Positions 38,512 through 49,550 of a stretch of DNA of 64,000 nt are shown in pieces. The first letter of the stretch is position 1, and every line of letters starts with the position of its first letter. This stretch comes from Nitrospirota bacterium (lineage in GTDB: Bacteria; Nitrospirota; UBA9217). Both the position numbers and the translations under genes were made by a program. The notes under the pieces were generated by a model that did no database searches, was not told the DNA's origin, and was given only the letters and a program-made list of their open reading frames with translations. Where the stretch lies: the NCBI GenBank assembly GCA_963749655.1, contig CAVVOB010000019.1, positions 113,643 to 177,642 on the forward strand, in the 5' to 3' direction.

Positions 38512-39720
38512 CTACTCGTACCGCAGCGCCTGGATCGGGTCCTGAAGCGCGGCCTTGCGCGCGGGATAGACGCCGAAGAAGACTCCCACGGCCACGGAGA
38601 AGGTGAACGCCATGAGGATGGACCAGAGTGAGACGCTTGTGGGGAGCACGGTGATGAAGACGGGTATGAGGAGCGCCAGGCCCACGCCGAGAAGGATGCC
38701 GATGATGCCGCCGACGCCGGAGAGGGTCATCGCCTCGATCATGAACTGGGCCATGATGTCGCGGTTGCGGGCGCCGATGGCCTTGCGGACGCCGATCTCC
38801 CGGGTCCGTTCGCGGACCGAGACCAGCATGATGTTCATGATGCCGATGCCTCCTACGAGAAGCGATATGCCCGCTATGCCGCCCAGGGCCGCGGTCAGGA
38901 CGTCAAGGATCGTATTCATGGTCTCAAGCATGGCTCCCTGCGTCTGGATGGTGAAGTCTTCCTTGCGGGCGTGCCGGCGTGTCAGGATGTCCTTGATCTG
39001 GGCCACTGCGCGGTCCGTGTCCTCCGCCCGGGGAGTCGAGGCGATGATCTCGAAAAGCGCGTCGGTGTCAAAGAGTTCCTGCCCGCTCGTCACCGGGACA
39101 TAGACGATGTCATCCACATCCATACCCAGGCTCGTCCCCTTCTTTGCCATGATCCCGATGACGCGGTAGCGGGCGTCGCTTACGGTGACGACCTTGCCGA
39201 GGGGATTTTCCTGTCCGAAAAGCTCGTCCTTTACGGTCCTGCCGAGCACCACGACTTTTTCTTTGGAATCCACATCGCTTTGCCTGATGTAGGAGCCTGT
39301 CTCCACGAAGAGGTTCCGCACGCGTTGAAATTCAGGCACCGTGCCGATGATCATGTTGTCGCGGCTCTTGCTCTGGTATTTGATGGTCCCGGTGCCCAGG
39401 ACAAGGGGCACCGCGTCGGTCAGGAGCCAGGCCCTGCGCTTCAGCGCCAGCGAGTCGTCATAGGTGAGCTTCCGCACCGTTCCGGCTGAAGGCGGATGAA
39501 ATCCGCCTTTGGTCGAGGTCTTCCCGGGAGTGATAATGAGAAGGTTCGTGCCCAGGCCCGTCAGCTCCTTGGTGATGTAAACCTTGGCGCCCTGGCCGAT
39601 GGACACGAGCAGGATCACGGAGAGCACACCGATGATCACTCCGAGCATGGTGAGGCTTGAACGGACTTTGTTCGAGAGGATCGCTTCGAGGGACACCCGA
39701 AAGGTTTCGAAAAAGTTCAT
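38512..39720 (-). CDS. MacB-like ABC permease
   Basis: RSSLTMLGVIIG, SLLVGGIGIMNIMLVSVRERTREIG, YPARKAA. Confidence 0.93.
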   Translation of the reverse strand: MNFFETFRVSLEAILSNKVRSSLTMLGVIIGVLSVILLVSIGQGAKVYITKELTGLGTNLLIITPGKTSTKGGFHPPSAGTVRKLTYDDSLALKRRAWLLTDAVPLVLGTGTIKYQSKSRDNMIIGTVPEFQRVRNLFVETGSYIRQSDVDSKEKVVVLGRTVKDELFGQENPLGKVVTVSDARYRVIGIMAKKGTSLGMDVDDIVYVPVTSGQELFDTDALFEIIASTPRAEDTDRAVAQIKDILTRRHARKEDFTIQTQGAMLETMNTILDVLTAALGGIAGISLLVGGIGIMNIMLVSVRERTREIGVRKAIGARNRDIMAQFMIEAMTLSGVGGIIGILLGVGLALLIPVFITVLPTSVSLWSILMAFTFSVAVGVFFGVYPARKAALQDPIQALRYE

Positions 39721-40021
39721 ATATCAGTCCTTACACATTTTAACCGCCAAGGCGTAGCCTGCTGTTGCCAAAACGCGACTATAAACGAAGTCGCGGAAGT
39801 ATAATTTTCACCCTCTCTGGATGGGAGGGGATCAAAGGGAGGGGGAAGTATTTGCGTTTCTTGCACACACCCGGCGGAAATCCTTCACGGCATGCTCAAT
39901 CGTCCTCAGTACATTCGAAAACTCGCAGCGGGCTCAGACAGTTCGAAATGCTTGACCTTCGGACTTCTATCGCGTGCCTAAATTGTCTTCGCTGGGCGGC
40001 ATAAAATTTTTCAAGCCTATA

Positions 40022-40702
40022 TCAGAGCCCCGTCACATCGTCCGATACGATCTGCCCGTCCTTCAGGTTGATGACCCGCTTGCACCGTGCAGCTACGCTC
40101 TGGTCGTGAGTGACGATGATGATCGTGACGCCCTGTTTGTTCAGGTCAACGATGATATTCAGGATCTCGGCGCCCGACCGGGAGTCCAGGTTCCCCGTGG
40201 GTTCGTCCGCCAGCAGGAGCGGCGGGTTATTCACCAGCGCCCGGGCTATCGCCACGCGCTGCTGCTGGCCTCCGGAGAGCTCCGTGGGACGGTGATACAT
40301 ACGGTCCTTGAGCCCCACCTGCTCCAGCACGGGTATGGCCCGCTCGGTCCGCTCCCGGGATGAGGCGCCGCTGTAGATGAGCGGCATCTCGACGTTCTTG
40401 AGCGCCGAAAGCCTCGGCAGAAGGTTAAAGGATTGGAACACGAAGCCGATCTTTGCATTGCGCACATGGGCGAGTTCGTCGTCGCTCAACGCGCTGATCT
40501 CCCGGGACTCGAAGGAGTAGGTGCCGCTCGTGGGCCGGTCCAGGCAGCCTATGATGTTCATGAGCGTGGACTTGCCCGAGCCCGAGGGCCCCATGACGGC
40601 GATGAGTTCGCCCGGCTTGACCGCGAGCGATACGCCGTTCAGGACCGTGAGGTCGACCTCGCCCAGGCGGTAGCTCTTGGTTATGTTGGAAAGAGAGATC
40701 AT
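40022..40702 (-). CDS. MacB-like ABC ATP-binding protein
   Basis: [27 protein letters not shown]. Confidence 0.95.
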   Translation of the reverse strand: MISLSNITKSYRLGEVDLTVLNGVSLAVKPGELIAVMGPSGSGKSTLMNIIGCLDRPTSGTYSFESREISALSDDELAHVRNAKIGFVFQSFNLLPRLSALKNVEMPLIYSGASSRERTERAIPVLEQVGLKDRMYHRPTELSGGQQQRVAIARALVNNPPLLLADEPTGNLDSRSGAEILNIIVDLNKQGVTIIIVTHDQSVAARCKRVINLKDGQIVSDDVTGL

Positions 40703-40778
40703 AGGTGGTGTTTCACAAAGACAATTAAGTAGCTATGACGGGGGAACAAGAACATTACGAACACGTTTCGGGCCACGC

Positions 40779-41882
40779 CTACTTCTCTGCCTCGATCTTC
40801 ACTTTCACTCCGTCCTTCAGCCCCGCCGCCTCCGGTGTGGTTACGACATAATCTCCAGTTTTGATTCCGCTCTTTATCTCCGAGGCGATCCAGTTGCTCT
40901 CGCCGATCTCGACGGGCCTGAGCCTCGCCACGACCGTGTCCCCGGGACGCGCTGTCCTGCCTTCGACAATATAAACCTGCTTTTTTCCGTCCCGGTCGAT
41001 GATCGCCTGTGAAGGCACGGAAAGGACGTTCTGCAGGGTCGCTATGAGTATTTCGATGTCGGCAGACATGCCGGGTTTCATGCGTGCATCCTTTTTATTG
41101 AAATAGATCCAGACGTCGGCAGTGCGCGTCTCGAGCTTTCCGCCGCTCACGATGGGAGATATCCTCCTGATCGCGCCTTCGAATTTTTCTCCGGGAAAGG
41201 CGTCCACGGTGATCGCAACCGGCTGACCGAGCTTCAGTCTTCCCACGTCCACCTCGTCGATCGTGGCGAGGACATAGATCCTGTCGGGATTTACGATCGT
41301 AACGATCTGTTTGCCCGGCATGAGAAGTTCGCCTACTTCCGTATACTTTTTAGACACCACGCCGCCAAAGGGGACCCGGACCACCGAATAGTCCTTTTTT
41401 ACCTGAACATCCTCCCGCGCGGCTTCATACTGAGACTTGGCGACTTCGTAGGATCGTTTCGTGCCGTCGAGATCCTGTTGCGAAACCATACCCTTGGCGA
41501 ACAGGTCTTCCATGCGCTGAAGATTCTTACCGGCTTCATCATAGGTCGCCTTGCTCTGCCCGAGCACGCTCTCGCTCTGCACCGATTCCTCGGTCAGGTC
41601 CAGCCTGGCGATGAGCGCGTCTTTCCTGACAACGTCCCCTTCCTTCACGGGGAGCATGACGACCCTCCCTGTCCGCTGGGCCGAGAGCGTAACCTCGGTC
41701 TCTGATTTTATCGTGGAGGTCGTTGTTGCGTTCACGATCACGCGAAGCTCCGCCGGTTTGACCGAAATGGCCTTTACCGACACCGGCTTCTTTCCACTCA
41801 TGGCGATCAGCACCACGACAACGGCGATTCCTGCCGCGACCCAGAATATCGCGTTCCTGGTAATTTTTTTTATGGGAAGCAT
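40779..41882 (-). CDS. MacA-like periplasmic adaptor (membrane fusion protein)
   Basis: VKEGDVV lipoyl motif, coiled coil, IDEVDVG, MKPGMSA, VPSQAI. Confidence 0.92.
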   Translation of the reverse strand: MLPIKKITRNAIFWVAAGIAVVVVLIAMSGKKPVSVKAISVKPAELRVIVNATTTSTIKSETEVTLSAQRTGRVVMLPVKEGDVVRKDALIARLDLTEESVQSESVLGQSKATYDEAGKNLQRMEDLFAKGMVSQQDLDGTKRSYEVAKSQYEAAREDVQVKKDYSVVRVPFGGVVSKKYTEVGELLMPGKQIVTIVNPDRIYVLATIDEVDVGRLKLGQPVAITVDAFPGEKFEGAIRRISPIVSGGKLETRTADVWIYFNKKDARMKPGMSADIEILIATLQNVLSVPSQAIIDRDGKKQVYIVEGRTARPGDTVVARLRPVEIGESNWIASEIKSGIKTGDYVVTTPEAAGLKDGVKVKIEAEK

Positions 41883-41976
41883 GTCCTTATCCTGTAAAAG
41901 AAAAGTGTTTTTTCGTCTCTCGGCGCCTTCGTGGAGGGGGTTATGGTGACCTTTTGTCCGGATCCGGGTATCGGGA

Positions 41977-42429
41977 TTATTGTTGTCCGCTCTCAGCCGT
42001 CATTTCCAGGCGCTCTTTGATCGCCTTCATGAATCCGCGGGTGACTTCCCCCAGCTTTTCTGCGACAACCATGTCCTGGAGGAGCGAAAAATGGCCGTTC
42101 ACATGGCCTTCGAGGTGGTAGGTGATCTCCGTTTCGTCATCCGATACTTTCCGAAACGTGACGATGCCCGACGTTATGAGATGTTCATGCGTGGCGGTCC
42201 AGCACAGCCGCTGTTGTTCGATCTGTTCCGTCGTATGCGCGAACATCTCGATGACGCGGCTGAAGGGCCCCAGCGACATTCTGATCGTCCAGATCGAATC
42301 GAGGTCGTTCAGGATTTTGACTCCTTTGCATCCCGGGAAAAGACAGCCTACCTCCTTCCGGTCGATCATGAACGACCAGACGCTCCTGATGGGCAATTTT
42401 ACGGTAAAGGTAACTTCTCTGGTAGGCAT
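41977..42429 (-). CDS. SRPBCC/CoxG-family protein
   Basis: VWSFMID..VGCLFPGC helix-grip pattern. Confidence 0.75.
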   Translation of the reverse strand: MPTREVTFTVKLPIRSVWSFMIDRKEVGCLFPGCKGVKILNDLDSIWTIRMSLGPFSRVIEMFAHTTEQIEQQRLCWTATHEHLITSGIVTFRKVSDDETEITYHLEGHVNGHFSLLQDMVVAEKLGEVTRGFMKAIKERLEMTAESGQQ

Positions 42430-42462
42430 GTCATCTCCTGTGCGCGAACGCGTCTGCGGGCG

Positions 42463-43746
42463 TCACTCCATCCCCGTTCCCGTTGCTTTTGCAAGTTTTG
42501 CCGCGGCAAGCTGATAGTCGTACAACGCCTGCACGTAATCCGTCTCCGCTTTGAGCGCGGCGACCTGCGCATCGGTTACTTCCAGCGAAGGACCGACGCC
42601 TGCCTGGTACCGCCCCTCGGCAAGGTCGAGGCTTTCGCGGGCGCTCTTGAGTGAGCTCTCCGTCACATCGATGCGCGCCGAGGCGCCTTCGAGGTCCGCA
42701 TAGGCCTGGTTGACTTCCAGCAGGATGGCCTGCCGCTGGCTGCGCGCCTGTTCCTCGAGGCCGCGCAGATTGGCCCGCGCCTCGCCGACCTTCCCTTGCG
42801 TGATCCTCCCCTCGAAAAGGGGCAGCGACAGAGTGATGCCCGCGTTCCAGCTGTTCTGCAGGTCCCCTTTGTAAGGACCCATTTCAGCCGTGCCCTGGCT
42901 CCAGTTGTAGGCGCCCGAGGCCGCCAGTGTCGGCAAATAGTTCGCTTCCTGCGTCTTGACCGTGGCCCGCGCGGTTTCCCTATCAGCCTCGGCCTTGATC
43001 ATCTCGGGACGGTTCCTGACGGCGTCGGCGAGCGCCTGGTCCAGGGGCGGTACGGCTGCGCGCGCCTCGGAAACATCCTCGATCGCGAGGTCACCGCCGG
43101 GGTCGAGGCCCATGGCGTTATAGAGGCCGATCGTCTTGAGACGGACATTATTCCTCGCCGTGATCACGCCGAGTTTTCCGTTGTTCACGTCCACATCCGC
43201 GCGTGTCACGTCGAATCGCGGTTTCGAACCGGCTCGAAAGAACGCTTCAGCCTGCTTCCAATGGCCTTCCGACTGGGCCAGCGTCTTCTGCGCAACCACT
43301 TCGAGCTTCTTCGCTGCAAGAAGGGCAAAATAAGCCTGTTTCACGTTCAAGACCACTTCCTGAACGACCCTGCTTACGTCGGATTCCGTAGCGCGGGCGC
43401 CCAGGCGGGCTGCATCGAAGGCGTTGCCCGTCTTGCCGAAATCGTAGATGTTCTGGGTCACCGAGAGGGAGGTCGTATACGCTTTCGTGATGCTGTCTCC
43501 AAAGGCCCCGCCCACGGAATGGTCCTCGGAGTAGCCTGTGCTCGCTGTTACCTGGGGCCAGTAGGGCGATGCCGCCTGGGTCACGCGTTCCTTCCCCGCG
43601 TTCAGGCTTTCCCTGGCCGATCCGATGGACGGATGATTCGCCAGTGCCTTGGCTATGCAGTCCCTGAGAGTCAGGACCTCGGCTCCAGCCTCCGGGACCG
43701 CGGTCATGAGCAATGCAGACAAAAGGAAGACAGGTGAGATGCGCAT
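42463..43746 (-). CDS. TolC-family outer-membrane efflux protein
   Basis: LRDCIAKALANHP, VKQAYF, LSLPLFEG, RYQAGVG. Confidence 0.92.
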   Translation of the reverse strand: MRISPVFLLSALLMTAVPEAGAEVLTLRDCIAKALANHPSIGSARESLNAGKERVTQAASPYWPQVTASTGYSEDHSVGGAFGDSITKAYTTSLSVTQNIYDFGKTGNAFDAARLGARATESDVSRVVQEVVLNVKQAYFALLAAKKLEVVAQKTLAQSEGHWKQAEAFFRAGSKPRFDVTRADVDVNNGKLGVITARNNVRLKTIGLYNAMGLDPGGDLAIEDVSEARAAVPPLDQALADAVRNRPEMIKAEADRETARATVKTQEANYLPTLAASGAYNWSQGTAEMGPYKGDLQNSWNAGITLSLPLFEGRITQGKVGEARANLRGLEEQARSQRQAILLEVNQAYADLEGASARIDVTESSLKSARESLDLAEGRYQAGVGPSLEVTDAQVAALKAETDYVQALYDYQLAAAKLAKATGTGME

Positions 43747-43808
43747 ATACCCTTTTCTAGTATAACAATACCGCTTTCCTGAAATGTTCCCGCATGAACG
43801 CGGGGCAT

Positions 43809-44434
43809 CTACCGTGCCCATGCCAGTGCCGCCTGCATGACTGCACCGGCCACGAGAGGTATGGACAAATTATCGTTCACCCGGATTGGAAGCAGCTCAA
43901 CCCCCGCCGCGCACAGAGCGCCGAGAACCATGATCCAAAGCGGCATCGTCAGACCGAGCAGGGAAAGGGCGAGGCCCGCGGCAAGCGCCGCCGATACAAA
44001 AGCAGCGGTCCCTTCCAGACTCTTATTGCCGATCTTCCTTTTCCCGTACCGCTCACCGATCGTCGTGGCCGCAACGTCGCCGAAGGCGAGAAACAGACGG
44101 CCGCACAGGCGACCTGGAGTGAATAGAAGTAGAGTGAGAGAGCGATGCCGAAGACATAAGGCACAGTGCCGGTCAGCTTGCGCTCCTCGTTCTTCCGGAT
44201 AAAGCTCCCGAAATGTTCATAGAGAAACCGGTTCCAGGCAGGTATCGTGAGGCGGGCGATCTCGAGCGCAAGAACGGCGGCCGCAAGAACTGCATAGACA
44301 AAAAAAACCCGGTCTCTGCCCAGAAGAAAGTACAAAGATAGAAGCCCGAGCCCGCCCAGAAGGTGAAACAGTTTACGTCCGATATGGCCCATAGGAGCCC
44401 TGCTTTCCGCCCGAGGGCGTCTTTCTGAGATCAT
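43809..44434 (-). CDS. Dolichol/phytol/diacylglycerol kinase-like membrane protein (frameshift near 44085)
   Basis: RKLFH, E..KLTG; alternate frame FGDVAATTIG..G..KSLEG...DDNLSIP. Confidence 0.8.
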
Positions 44435-44456
44435 GCTCCGGAATCTGCTCCGGACG

Positions 44457-45452
44457 TCACCGGCTCTTCCCTGTGGCGCTTGGCAGGCTGCATACCCCCG
44501 ACTCGCACCGGTCGCATTCGAGCTGGATGGTGCTGTGGACCACGTTGAATTTTTCCGCCAGGACGTTCCGGATCTCTTTTATGATGTCCCTGCTTCCGCT
44601 CACGAGCTGGTCGTCGATGACGACATGCGCGCTCATTGCATAGACCCCGGACGTGATGGTCCAGACGTGGATATGGTACGCCTCGCGCACCCCCCGCACT
44701 TTTGCGATCTCGGAAGTCAGCCTGTCGATGCTGATATGGGACGGGACCGACTCCAGCAGGATGCTGACCGATTCCCGGACGAGCGACCAGGCGCCGTAGA
44801 TGATCACGAGCGAGATCAGAATGCTCAGAATCGGGTCGATGAGCGACCACCCGGTATAGAGGATGACGAGTCCGCCGATCACCACGCCCACGGACGACAG
44901 CGCATCCCCGATGATATGGAGGTAGGCCCCGCGGATGTTGAGGTTCGTATGGCTGTGCTTGACCAGGAACAACGCGCCGATGATGTTGGCCACAAGGCCG
45001 ACGATGGCCACGACGAGCATCAGCGTGCCTTTGACCGGCTGGGGATGGGTGAGGCGAAGATAGGCTTCATAAATGATATAGATGGAAAGGAGGACGAGCA
45101 CAACGCCGTTCAAGAGGGCGGCGAGGATCTCCAGGCGGTAAAAGCCGAAGGTCCTCCGTTCCGTGGCCGGCATGGAAGCGAATTTCATGGCAAAAAAGGA
45201 AAGCAGGAGCGCCAGGTTGTCGGTCAGCATGTGGCCGGCGTCGGACAGCAGCGCGAGGCTGTTCGAGAGCAGGCCGCCGATAACCTCGACCACCATCATC
45301 AGAACGGTGATCGCAAGTGCGATCAGAAGGTCGCGCCGTCCGCCTTCGCCGGCATGGGCGCGGTTGTGATCATGGTCGTGACCGTGATCGTGGTCATGAG
45401 AGTGATGTTCGCTGTCTTTTTCGTTCTTTATATTTAATAATGACATGGCCAT
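44457..45452 (-). CDS. Cation diffusion facilitator (CzcD/ZitB-like)
   Basis: His-rich N-terminus, SLALLSDAGHMLTD, TFGFYRLE, HIIGD, HIHVW, HSTIQLE. Confidence 0.93.
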   Translation of the reverse strand: MAMSLLNIKNEKDSEHHSHDHDHGHDHDHNRAHAGEGGRRDLLIALAITVLMMVVEVIGGLLSNSLALLSDAGHMLTDNLALLLSFFAMKFASMPATERRTFGFYRLEILAALLNGVVLVLLSIYIIYEAYLRLTHPQPVKGTLMLVVAIVGLVANIIGALFLVKHSHTNLNIRGAYLHIIGDALSSVGVVIGGLVILYTGWSLIDPILSILISLVIIYGAWSLVRESVSILLESVPSHISIDRLTSEIAKVRGVREAYHIHVWTITSGVYAMSAHVVIDDQLVSGSRDIIKEIRNVLAEKFNVVHSTIQLECDRCESGVCSLPSATGKSR

Positions 45453-45464
45453 CGTCGACTCGCC

Positions 45465-46286
45465 TCACCGGTCAGGCTGCCAGAACCGCAGTTCCGTCAC
45501 GGCCTTTACCGCGCCGATCTCCGCAGCATACCCGTAAAAAGTAAGCAGGCCTTTCTGCTCCGCCTCTCCGAAATCGTAGCTGAACAGCTTCCAGTACTCG
45601 AGGAGCACCGCCGGAGAAAGATTGAACCGGCCCTGCTCGGACTCCGCGAGTTTCGCGAGGTGCGCCTGACCGTACGCTTTCGACTCTTTAAGAATATCAT
45701 ACAACCGAACGAGGTCGTTGTGCAGGTTTTTTCGATAATTTACCTGCCAGTGGGCGAACACAAAAGGCAGCCCCGTAAAATCGTGCCACAACCGTCCCAG
45801 ATCGTAGCGGTGCGGATAGGTCGAGGCCGCCGCTCTCCGGATCGCCAGATCACCGATCGTGAGCACGGCATCGCATCGGCCGGCCGGGTCTTCGGCGCCC
45901 TGCTCGTAGGTGATGTATCCCGCGTTGACGCCGTACCTCAATTCCAGCAGGATACGGAGCAACACGACCGATGTGGCCGATGCCGAGGTCAGGGCGACGG
46001 TCTTATTGCTCAGCTCCTCGATCGGGACAGCGCTTTCGAGCAGGATGCTCATGACTCTTGTTTTCGAGGTGATCGACAGGCCGGGCAACAGAAGATATCG
46101 GCCGGGATTGCCGGCGTACTCGATCGATGACGACGGCGAAACGTCGACTGAACCTTCGTACAGCATCCGGTTCAGCTGACTTGGGATTCCTTCCACCAGT
46201 TTGAAAGGAAAAGAGACCTTGCCCGTCACGATCCCGGCATGGGGCGGAAAGCAGTTGGAGAATACGATATGGCCTAGACTGAGCAT
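45465..46286 (-). CDS. mqnA: MqnA-family menaquinone biosynthesis protein (chorismate dehydratase)
   Basis: GHIVFSNCFP, PSQLN, SSIEY, SATSVVL, IGDLA, DLG..W...TGLPFVFA. Confidence 0.85.
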   Translation of the reverse strand: MLSLGHIVFSNCFPPHAGIVTGKVSFPFKLVEGIPSQLNRMLYEGSVDVSPSSSIEYAGNPGRYLLLPGLSITSKTRVMSILLESAVPIEELSNKTVALTSASATSVVLLRILLELRYGVNAGYITYEQGAEDPAGRCDAVLTIGDLAIRRAAASTYPHRYDLGRLWHDFTGLPFVFAHWQVNYRKNLHNDLVRLYDILKESKAYGQAHLAKLAESEQGRFNLSPAVLLEYWKLFSYDFGEAEQKGLLTFYGYAAEIGAVKAVTELRFWQPDR

Positions 46287-46356
46287 TCCACGAGTATGGG
46301 AAGCGCAGATGAACAACGGGTCTATTCCTCTCAGGGGAAAAAGCTGCCCCTGAGGG

Positions 46357-49300
46357 TCAATCCATGCTCATCCGTGGTTCTTCATTTCCTTTCTTCTTTC
46401 TTTTTCCTTTGAAAAAGTTCTCGATATCATCGACGATCGTATACACCACAGGAATGACAACGAGCGTCAGCAAGGTCGACGTGATCAGGCCGCCGATGAC
46501 GGCGATGGCCATGGGCGCTCGCTGTTCCGATCCTTCGCCGATTTTGAGAGCCGTCGGCAGCATGCCGAATACCATGGCAGCCGTGGTCATGATGATGGGC
46601 CGGAGACGTACCGGGCCGGCCTTCATCAGCGCTTCATCCCGGCTCATCCCCCGGCGGCGGAGGGTAATGGTATAGTCGACCAGCAGGATGGCGTTCTTGG
46701 TAACCAGTCCCATCAGCATAATGACGCCGATGAGGCTGAAAATGCTGATCCGCTCTCCGGTTATGAGCAGCAGGCCCATGGCGCCGATCAGGCTCACCGG
46801 CAGGGAGAACATAATGGTGAAGGGGTGCACGAAGCTCTCGAACTGCGCTGCCAGGATCATATAGACCATGATGACGGCAATGACCAGTGCGAAGGCGATG
46901 TTCTGGAACGCGTCCAGCATCACGTCCGCCATACCCACGTGTTTGAACGACATGTCCGGCGTCAGGTTCTTCTTTATGATCTGCTCCAGATCATTGACCG
47001 CCGTTGCCATGGGTTTCGTCTTGTCGATGTTCGAGAATACTGCCGCCCCCCGCTGCCGGTTCATATGCATGATCACCGTCGGGCCGGTACCGGTCGACTG
47101 CTCGGTCACATCCCGCAGCCTCACGAGCTCTCCGGTTGATGAACGGACCTGAAGAATGCCGATATCGTCGGGCTGGTCACGCTCCGTCTTGAGAAGACGC
47201 GCCGTGATGTCGTAGCGCTCCCCTTCCTTCTCGTCCTTGTACTTGCCGATGATCTCTCCGCCGATCATCGTATTCACCGTTCCGCCGATGGCCGCGGCGC
47301 TGACTCCGTAATTGGCCGCGCTGTCGCGATCGATTCTGAGTTTTACTTCCGGCTTGCCGATCTCGATGGACGTATCAGCATCCACGATCCCGGGGACCTT
47401 CGCAAACTGGTCTTTGATGGCCATGGTCCTTTGATTCAGTTCATCCAGATCGCGTCCCTGGATCATCACCTGGATGGGGACCGCCCGCAAACCGCCGCCT
47501 ACCATCGCAATCTCCTCTACCGACGATTTGATCTCTTTTGCCGAGAACAAATCGTCGCGCACCTGCTTCATCGAGTCGAGCTGAATGAGATCGCGGTCCT
47601 TCCGTTTTTTCAAATTGACATAAATTTTGCTCTTGTTGCTGTCCGGAGAAAAATCCGAACCGGTGACGTAGAAGGTGCCTGCGATCTCCCTGCGTTTTCT
47701 GAGCTGTTCATCGACTTGCCGCATAGCGGCGTCGGCACGCGGCAATGAATAATCGATGGGTGTTTCCAGGCGGACCAGGTAGCGTCCCTGGTCCGCAGCA
47801 GGCATGAATTCCTTGTCAACGATCACAAAAAGGGCGAGTCCGGCGATTACGCTTGCCAGGGCGAGCAGGATGGTCTTCCAGCGATTACGGAGCGCCAGGG
47901 CCAGAAGGGGCCGGTATACGCTGAAGATCGCATCGAAGCCGCGCTCCAGGAACATGTAGACCTTACCATGTTTTTTCCGGTAGGACAAGAACCGCGACGT
48001 CAACATGGGCGTCAGGGTCAGCGACACGAACAGCGAGATCAGGACAGCCACGGTTACGGTGATCCCGAATTCGTAAAAGAACTTGCCCACGATGCCTTTC
48101 ATGAACGCAACAGGCACGAATACGGCGACGATTGACATGGTGGTGGCCATGACCGCGAGCCCGATCTCCGATGCGCCCTCCCGCGCGGCCTGCATCGGCT
48201 CCTCACCCTCCTCCATCCGGCGATAGATGTTCTCGAGCACCACGATGGCGTCGTCGATCAGGATGCCGATGGAGAGTGACAGGCCGAGCATGGTCATCAT
48301 GTTCAGGGTGAATCCGAAGGCCTGAATGAACGCAAAGGTCGCGATGACCGAGGTCGGAAGGGCCACCGCGCTGATCAGGGTGCTGCGCACGCTCCGGAGA
48401 AAGACAAAGATGATCAGAACAGCCAACACCGCGCCCAGCCAGAGCGACACCTGGACATCCTCGATGGATTGGCGGATATAGACGGACTGGTCGAAGGTGA
48501 TGTCGAGCTTGATCCCGTCGGGAGGCTTCACTGCCGCGACCGCCGCTTTGACGCGTTCAGCCACGGCCACGGTATTCTCGCCGGACTGCCGTTTTACGGA
48601 AAGTCCGACGGCGGTCTTCCCGTTGAACCGTGTAAGGGAGCGCTCTTCTTCAAGACCGTCCTCGGCATAGCCGATGTCGCGCAGCTTGATGAGCCTTCCG
48701 TGACGATAGGAGACCACCAGATCGTTGAACGCTTCCGGCGTCTCATACTCGCCCTTGGTCTTCACGACATACTCGATCCTCTGATTCTCGATCTTTCCGC
48801 CGGGAACTTCCTTGTGCTCTGCCCCAAGTGCCTGCTTAACGTCGTTTGCCGTGAGCGCCAGCGCCTCCATCTTTACCCGGTCAAGCCAGATCCGGACCTG
48901 CCGCGTACGTCCGCCGCTCATCGTCACGGAACCGACGCCGGGGATCTTCTCGATGTTCCGCTTCAGCACCTTGTCGGCATAGTGCGTAAGGTCCCTGACG
49001 GTCCGGTCGCCCCATACCGCGATCCAGATGATCGGCTGGTCTTCGGGGCTTATCTTCTCGATCACCGGCGGTTCCGTGTCCTTCGGAAGCTGATTGCGGA
49101 CGGCTGCCACCTTATCGCGTACGTCCTGGGCCGCCTGTTCCACATTGCGTTCGAGATAGAACTCCACGGTGACAATGGAGTATTCCTCCATGCTCCGCGA
49201 GGTGATGGTCTTGACGCCGCTGATCGTATTCACGGCCTCTTCGATGACGTCCGTGACATCGACCTCCATGACCTCCGGGCTCGCGCCAACGAGCTTCGTC

Positions 49301-49443
49301 GTGATGTTCACGATCGGAAAGTCGACCTTGGGAAACAGGTCGAGGGCAAGCCGCGGGAATGATACGATGCCGAAAACGATCAGGGCGAGCGCAACCATGG
49401 TGATGAAGACGGGTCGTTTGATCGATATTTCCGGAAGACGCAT
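46357..49443 (-). CDS. RND efflux permease (AcrB/D/F family)
   Basis: [43 protein letters not shown]. Confidence 0.96.
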   Translation of the reverse strand: MRLPEISIKRPVFITMVALALIVFGIVSFPRLALDLFPKVDFPIVNITTKLVGASPEVMEVDVTDVIEEAVNTISGVKTITSRSMEEYSIVTVEFYLERNVEQAAQDVRDKVAAVRNQLPKDTEPPVIEKISPEDQPIIWIAVWGDRTVRDLTHYADKVLKRNIEKIPGVGSVTMSGGRTRQVRIWLDRVKMEALALTANDVKQALGAEHKEVPGGKIENQRIEYVVKTKGEYETPEAFNDLVVSYRHGRLIKLRDIGYAEDGLEEERSLTRFNGKTAVGLSVKRQSGENTVAVAERVKAAVAAVKPPDGIKLDITFDQSVYIRQSIEDVQVSLWLGAVLAVLIIFVFLRSVRSTLISAVALPTSVIATFAFIQAFGFTLNMMTMLGLSLSIGILIDDAIVVLENIYRRMEEGEEPMQAAREGASEIGLAVMATTMSIVAVFVPVAFMKGIVGKFFYEFGITVTVAVLISLFVSLTLTPMLTSRFLSYRKKHGKVYMFLERGFDAIFSVYRPLLALALRNRWKTILLALASVIAGLALFVIVDKEFMPAADQGRYLVRLETPIDYSLPRADAAMRQVDEQLRKRREIAGTFYVTGSDFSPDSNKSKIYVNLKKRKDRDLIQLDSMKQVRDDLFSAKEIKSSVEEIAMVGGGLRAVPIQVMIQGRDLDELNQRTMAIKDQFAKVPGIVDADTSIEIGKPEVKLRIDRDSAANYGVSAAAIGGTVNTMIGGEIIGKYKDEKEGERYDITARLLKTERDQPDDIGILQVRSSTGELVRLRDVTEQSTGTGPTVIMHMNRQRGAAVFSNIDKTKPMATAVNDLEQIIKKNLTPDMSFKHVGMADVMLDAFQNIAFALVIAVIMVYMILAAQFESFVHPFTIMFSLPVSLIGAMGLLLITGERISIFSLIGVIMLMGLVTKNAILLVDYTITLRRRGMSRDEALMKAGPVRLRPIIMTTAAMVFGMLPTALKIGEGSEQRAPMAIAVIGGLITSTLLTLVVIPVVYTIVDDIENFFKGKRKKKGNEEPRMSMD

Positions 49444-49550
49444 GATTGAACCTCTTTGTGATAATACCTACGGATATACGGTTTGGAAGCAGTGAGACGG
49501 CATGACGCAAATAATTCCCGGCCGTGACTTCTTGAGCCGGCTTTTCACCG

